Shown: one piece after another, positions 59,466-64,000 of the stretch
How the letters are laid out: each line of letters starts with the position of its first letter
Position numbering within the stretch: position 1 is the stretch's first letter
DNA from: Camelus ferus
Lineage: Eukaryota
Direction: 5' to 3'
DNA length: 64,000 bases
Assembly (NCBI RefSeq): GCF_009834535.1
Contig: NC_045705.1
Location: forward strand, 65,410,001 to 65,474,000
Notes under the pieces: generated by a model
What the model was told of the DNA's origin: nothing
Seen by the model: the letters and a program-made list of their open reading frames with translations, nothing else
Databases searched by the model: none
Program-made: the position numbers and the translations under genes

Positions 59466-62400
59466 TCATTCAACCAGGAGATCAAACTGCTCAGCAGCTT
59501 CAAACTCAGCATTCATGGCTGCGGCCCACTCATCCAGCTCCGATTTCTGGGGGAAGAGAAATGGGGGGCAGGTGAGTGGGGAAGGGGGCATGTTGTCTGG
59601 AATGTCTCCACCCATGGTCTGCAGGCACTGCCTTTCCCTCATAACAGCCAGAGCTGAGCCCCGGCCCTGTGAGTGTCTGGTGTGTCTGGCATGTCAGCAG
59701 AGGAAGGCCCTGCCCCTCACTCACCAAGATCTCAGGCACCTTCTTCTTCTTTCGCTTCTCTTTCATAACCGGCGGGGAGATTCCAGGAAGAGTCATGTCT
59801 GGGGCCCAGGGCTTCGCAGGGACCCTGGGGACCTCGGTTAACTTTGAACACACCACCGGCGAGACTCCAGCCAAGTCTTCTGCCGCCAGCAGCCCCTCAA
59901 AGCCAAAGCAGGACCGGCGGCCAGGGGTGGAGGTGGAGACAGAGCCAAGAGTCTCCAGGCGGCTATAGGATCGCCTGACTTTCTTCGACATTTCCAAGTC
60001 TCTGGCGTCCAGGTCTCCTTCTCTGGAGTTGGACTCAACATTAATGGAGCAGAGCACAGGAGTGGGGGTGGGGGTGACAGGGACGCTGCATGTCTGGAAG
60101 AGGTCTTCCCTTGCAGGCTTCTTGCTGGAAGGGTTGTTTTCTTTCTCCAAGAGAAAAGCAATCTGTACCAAGATGGAAGAGAGAATGCCTCCCTGTTACC
60201 TAGCTGTGCTACTCTCAGAAAGGCCCAAGGAAATGTAGTGTAGAAAGACAGACCCACAGGACACTTTTAAAAGGGAAAGTGGAGACAAGTTAGGCACTGA
60301 GACAGATGTGGGGAGGGGAAGAGAACAGTCAGTCATGGCTTCTGAGTCCACTGTTGTGACACAAGAAGACTGGCCACCATCCCCGACACTATCAGGTCTG
60401 TCCCCAAAATGTGACTGGACCCTAACCATCCGTCCCTGGAGCAAGCCCCCATCACCTGTCCTCTAGACCCTTTCAATACCCTCCTCCCTGCCCCTTCCTG
60501 CTCAGGTCCATTTGCCACACAGCTGGAGATGATTTTCCTAAAATCTCCATCCAGTCAGTAAGTACATATGGGTCACCTGCCAGGCCCTGTCCTGGGCACT
60601 GGGAGTACAGCAAGGAAAAAAACAGAGAGAACCCCTGTCTTCGTGGAGTTTCCACTCTAGCAGGGAAAAGAGGCAATAGAAATCATGTTGTCCGCTAGAT
60701 ATGCTAAGTTCTCTTTTGGAGAAAAACAGAGCCTAGAGCATACTTGGGGGTGGTTTGGAATTTTAAGCAGGTATAGATCAATGTAGGCCCCACTGAGGTA
60801 GCATCTGAGCTATGACTTGAAGGAGGTGAGGGAATAAGTCATCTGGAGAAGAAATGTTCTAGGCAGAGCAAACAGAAGGTACAAAGGTCCTGAGGTGCAA
60901 CTATGACAGTCACTGTCAAGGAACAGGAAGGCCAGTGTGGCTAAAGTGAGAAGAGGAACTGAAGGTGGTTTGGGAAGTAATGGGCGTGTTCTAAGGCATT
61001 TTGGTAGGCCACTGTAAGGGGAGACCCTTGCTCTAAGACCCAGGGAGCCATGGCAAGGTTGTGAACAGGAAAGTGCTTAATCTGACATGCGTATTAAGAG
61101 GTCCATGTACTGGCTCCTCTTAAGTCTAATCTCAGTTCAAATACTATTTCCTCAGGGAGGCCATCCCTCACCTTGGAGTAGAGACCAGCCCCCCTTCACC
61201 TCTGCTTGTTACCCTCCGTCACAATGACCTCTTTCCTGGACAGCAACCATCACTACCTGATTTTGGCTGCTCACTGGTTGACTGTCACCCTAATCAGATC
61301 GTGCGCTTCATCTGTCTGGTTCTCGCCTACGCCCAGCACCTTCAGCAGGGCCCTGCAAGGAGCAGGTATTCAACAGATACTCACCGGATTAACTTACACA
61401 AAACTTGGCACTGAGCTTTCTGACAGCCAAGACAAGGTGAGAAGCAGGATAAATTCAGTGACCTCTATTGTGGTCTAATAGGGTTGTATTGGTTATTAAG
61501 AGAGACATCTCCTGGCTACAGGCTCTGAGAAATCTGCCGTATTAGTCTTAACCTAGTAAAAGGGATGCTGAACAAAAGTAATTGGGTGTCACCCAACTAA
61601 TTCTTCCCCTACAGCCAAGCACGCAGCTTTTTGGCTTATTATTTCATCAAACAATCATTCAGCCAAGAAAGAGTGGCCACCACTTTCTTGAGGCAGAAGT
61701 CCCTGTCCTCAAGAAAACAAACATGCAAACAAAATACTCTCTGCTATTCATCAAGCCTGTGGAGAACTATATCCGGAATGCTTCTAGAAGGTGTTCTTTG
61801 AGCTGAGTCCTGTGTGATGGGGTGAGGAGCAGCACTCTGCCTTTACCTTACTCCGGGCTCCCACCATCTCACTTCAGGATTCCTTTCAAGTCCTCGTACC
61901 TGGTTTTGGGGTCCCCAAGAGGCTTTCTCCAACACATCCTCCACCCAGACCCAGGAGGGATCTTTCTAAAACACCCAAGCTTGCCTCAGTCACTACCTTG
62001 CTTAAGGCTCTCCAAAGCTGCCCACAGAACCATGGATGAAGTCCAAACTCCTAAGCATGGCTTTCATGCCTCATCAGGATCTGGTCTGGCTCAGCACACT
62101 CCCTTGCCCTGACAATGTCTGCTGCAGACACACCAAACAAGCTGCTGTTCCCAAACCTTGGGCTTTTCCTTGTGGAATCTGCAAACACAGACTGCCTTTA
62201 AAGATTCAGTTTAAATACTTCTTCTGTGAAACATTCCCTGAGCCATCTGGTCTGGGTTAGGTGCCTCCACGGCATCTAGTAGTCTCCTTATTACAGTTCT
62301 CAGCACACTAGGTTGTTATCACTTATTCGTCTTTCTCCTCATTTGACTGTAAGCCCCATGAGCTCTTCAAAGGCATTCATTATATCTTTTCTTTCGTTAT

Positions 62401-63380
62401 AGCTTCAGGCACAGATCTTGTCAATGAAACATCCTTAATAACTTCTGCTAACAGTTAAGAACACTGCAATTCCATAAGTAAAAACTAAAATAATAGACCA
62501 GAAAGAAGAAAGAGTAATTAAGACACAGCTCAACTTTTAAAGAAAAACAGCAGGGAATACTAGGACATCAATAGCTAAATGTACTAAATCTGCAGGAAGC
62601 AAGCAAGACAGGCAGTACATGCAGGTGTCCAAAGGCAAATTGTTTCAAAATACAACAAAAACAGCTCCCTGGGTAGATGTAAGTAGCCATTATGTCCCGC
62701 CCCAGCTCTAGAGTGCCCTGGATTCCCATCAACTAAGCAGATGAAAATGAACTTACCCTGGGGCTCCTTCGAGGCGACTGAACAGATGGGGTCTGCGGAG
62801 ACAACACCAATTAAACACAGAGCCGGCCACCAATTTTGGCTCCCTACCTACAACCCCTCTCTCAGCCCTCACCTCTACAGTATGTGCCACGATCTTCTTC
62901 AAGACAATGGGCTTTCTGATTGGAGCCTCCTGGGGTGCCTGGAGAAAAGGGGTGAACATGAGCTCTACATTAGTCCAGGGACCCCACGGGCAGGAGGAAC
63001 TGAAGAACGCAGGGCTCACCTTAGGCCAGATTTCCGGGAGGGTGCTTGGGAGATCAGAGCCTGATTTCCGCTGGGACCTCCGCAGAGACTGAGTGGGAGT
63101 TGGGGCCTTGGGCTCTGGAAGGAGAAAAATTTACGAGGTAGGGGAGCACTCTGGACCTCAGAGTCTAGAGAACAGGTTCTGGAGAGAGCGAGAGAAGGTC
63201 CCTAACAGGCCCTTTGGGGGAGCCTTCCCAGTGGAGGGGACAAGCCTCCTAGTGTAGTGGGGGGAGGGCCTTCCTCACGGGACAGCGTCCCTCAAACGGT
63301 TCAACCCCATCCCTCCCGCGCGCCCTCTGCTCACCGGAGCACTGGGCGGCCCCTCCGGACCGCGTTCGCCTCTCGGACAT
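59466..63380 (-). CDS. CDCA5: Sororin, 253 aa; complement join(63335-63380,63020-63114,62873-62938,62757-62792,59725-60162,59466-59546)
   Basis: MSERRTRSGGAAQCS..., KEN box (LEKENN), FGF motif (CFGFEG), C-terminal ELDEWAAAMNAEFEAAEQFDLLVE*; 762 nt, all GT-AG. Confidence 0.97.
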
Positions 63381-63400
63381 GTCTAGCCTTGGTCTCAATG

Positions 63401-63432
<32 letters not shown>

Positions 63433-63439
63433 AGCCGCC
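63401..63439. repeat. (GCC)10-GCA-(GCC)2 repeat just 5' of the CDCA5 ATG
   Basis: Direct read; starts 21 nt upstream of the ATG. Confidence 0.95.
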
Positions 63440-63468
63440 GGGGCTCGCGCCAACCCGAAGGGCAAACG

Positions 63469-63630
63469 TTCGAATTACCCGCCTTGCCCGAGAGGAAGCG
63501 GAAGTGACGTAGAGCGGGAGGGCCGCCGAGCTCTCATCACCCCTTCTTCACCCGCCTCCACGTCTAGCGTCTACAGGGGCGGGACCAGTGGCGCGCTGGC
63601 GTCATCAGTGCGCGCTGCACCCGGAAGAGA
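63469..63630. promoter_or_regulatory. CDCA5/ZFPL1 bidirectional CpG-island promoter with CDE/CHR and ETS-CRE motifs
   Basis: Minus strand GGCGG-gtaa-TTCGAA at 63483-63469; CGGAAGTGACGT 63499-63510; CCGGAAG about 63621. Confidence 0.7.
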
Positions 63631-64000
63631 CGTGGCAGCGGAGGGATAATCGGAGCGTTCTGAGCTGGAGTGAGCTGAAGTGAGCTGAGCGAGAGCTCGG
63701 CTGAGCGCGGTCTGACCTTCCGCACCTCGCACCAGCCCTCGCGCCCGTGGGGACCGGTGCCGCCTCGGATTAGTAATACGGAGAGTTGGGTGTGTGGAGA
63801 AAGTGGGGTGTGTGGAGAAAGTGGGGGCGGGGCTTGGAAGGGGTGGGGCTCAGGAGGGGCCCCCTTGGGGGCGGGGCCGGTGGTATCGGAGGGACTGATG
63901 GAGGGGCCTGGCCGGGGGTGGGGTACTGGAGGAATGTGGGGTCTCCGGAGGCGGGATTTATTCAGGGGGCGTGGTTCCGAATGAAGAGGTACGGTAGGCA
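63620..64000 (+). other. ZFPL1: Presumed non-coding first exon / 5' end of ZFPL1; coding part outside window
   Basis: Inferred from conserved head-to-head synteny and a recalled 5'UTR start (cggaagagacgtggcagcggagggataatcgg). No ZFPL1 codons seen. Confidence 0.5.

Noticed and set aside
63398-63649. Plus-strand ATG followed by poly-Ala ORF
   Set aside because: Product of the GCC repeat, upstream of the presumed ZFPL1 start; ATGGCC here is more likely a YY1-like motif.

Overview
Mammalian genomic DNA, probably a camelid (about ten copies of a tRNA-Ala-derived SINE plus cetartiodactyl-type L1 3' ends; inference). It is syntenic with human 11q13.1. Order: BATF2 exon 1 (-), ARL2 (+, 5 exons, exon 3 in an N gap, U12-type intron 1), SNX15 (+, 8 exons), SAC3D1 (+, 2 exons), NAALADL1 (-, 18 exons), CDCA5/sororin (-, 6 exons), then the presumed ZFPL1 promoter (+). 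Exons were reconstructed by hand from splice sites and frame; comparisons with human proteins are from memory. The main unexpected result is an intact 5-exon ORF on the minus strand at 49922-51818, between NAALADL1 and CDCA5. It encodes a 154-aa leucine-zipper/coiled-coil protein that I cannot name and that the unspliced ORF track shows only in fragments. Most other ORF-track entries are chance ORFs in GC-rich or repeat DNA. No CRISPR, rRNA or prokaryotic system is present.
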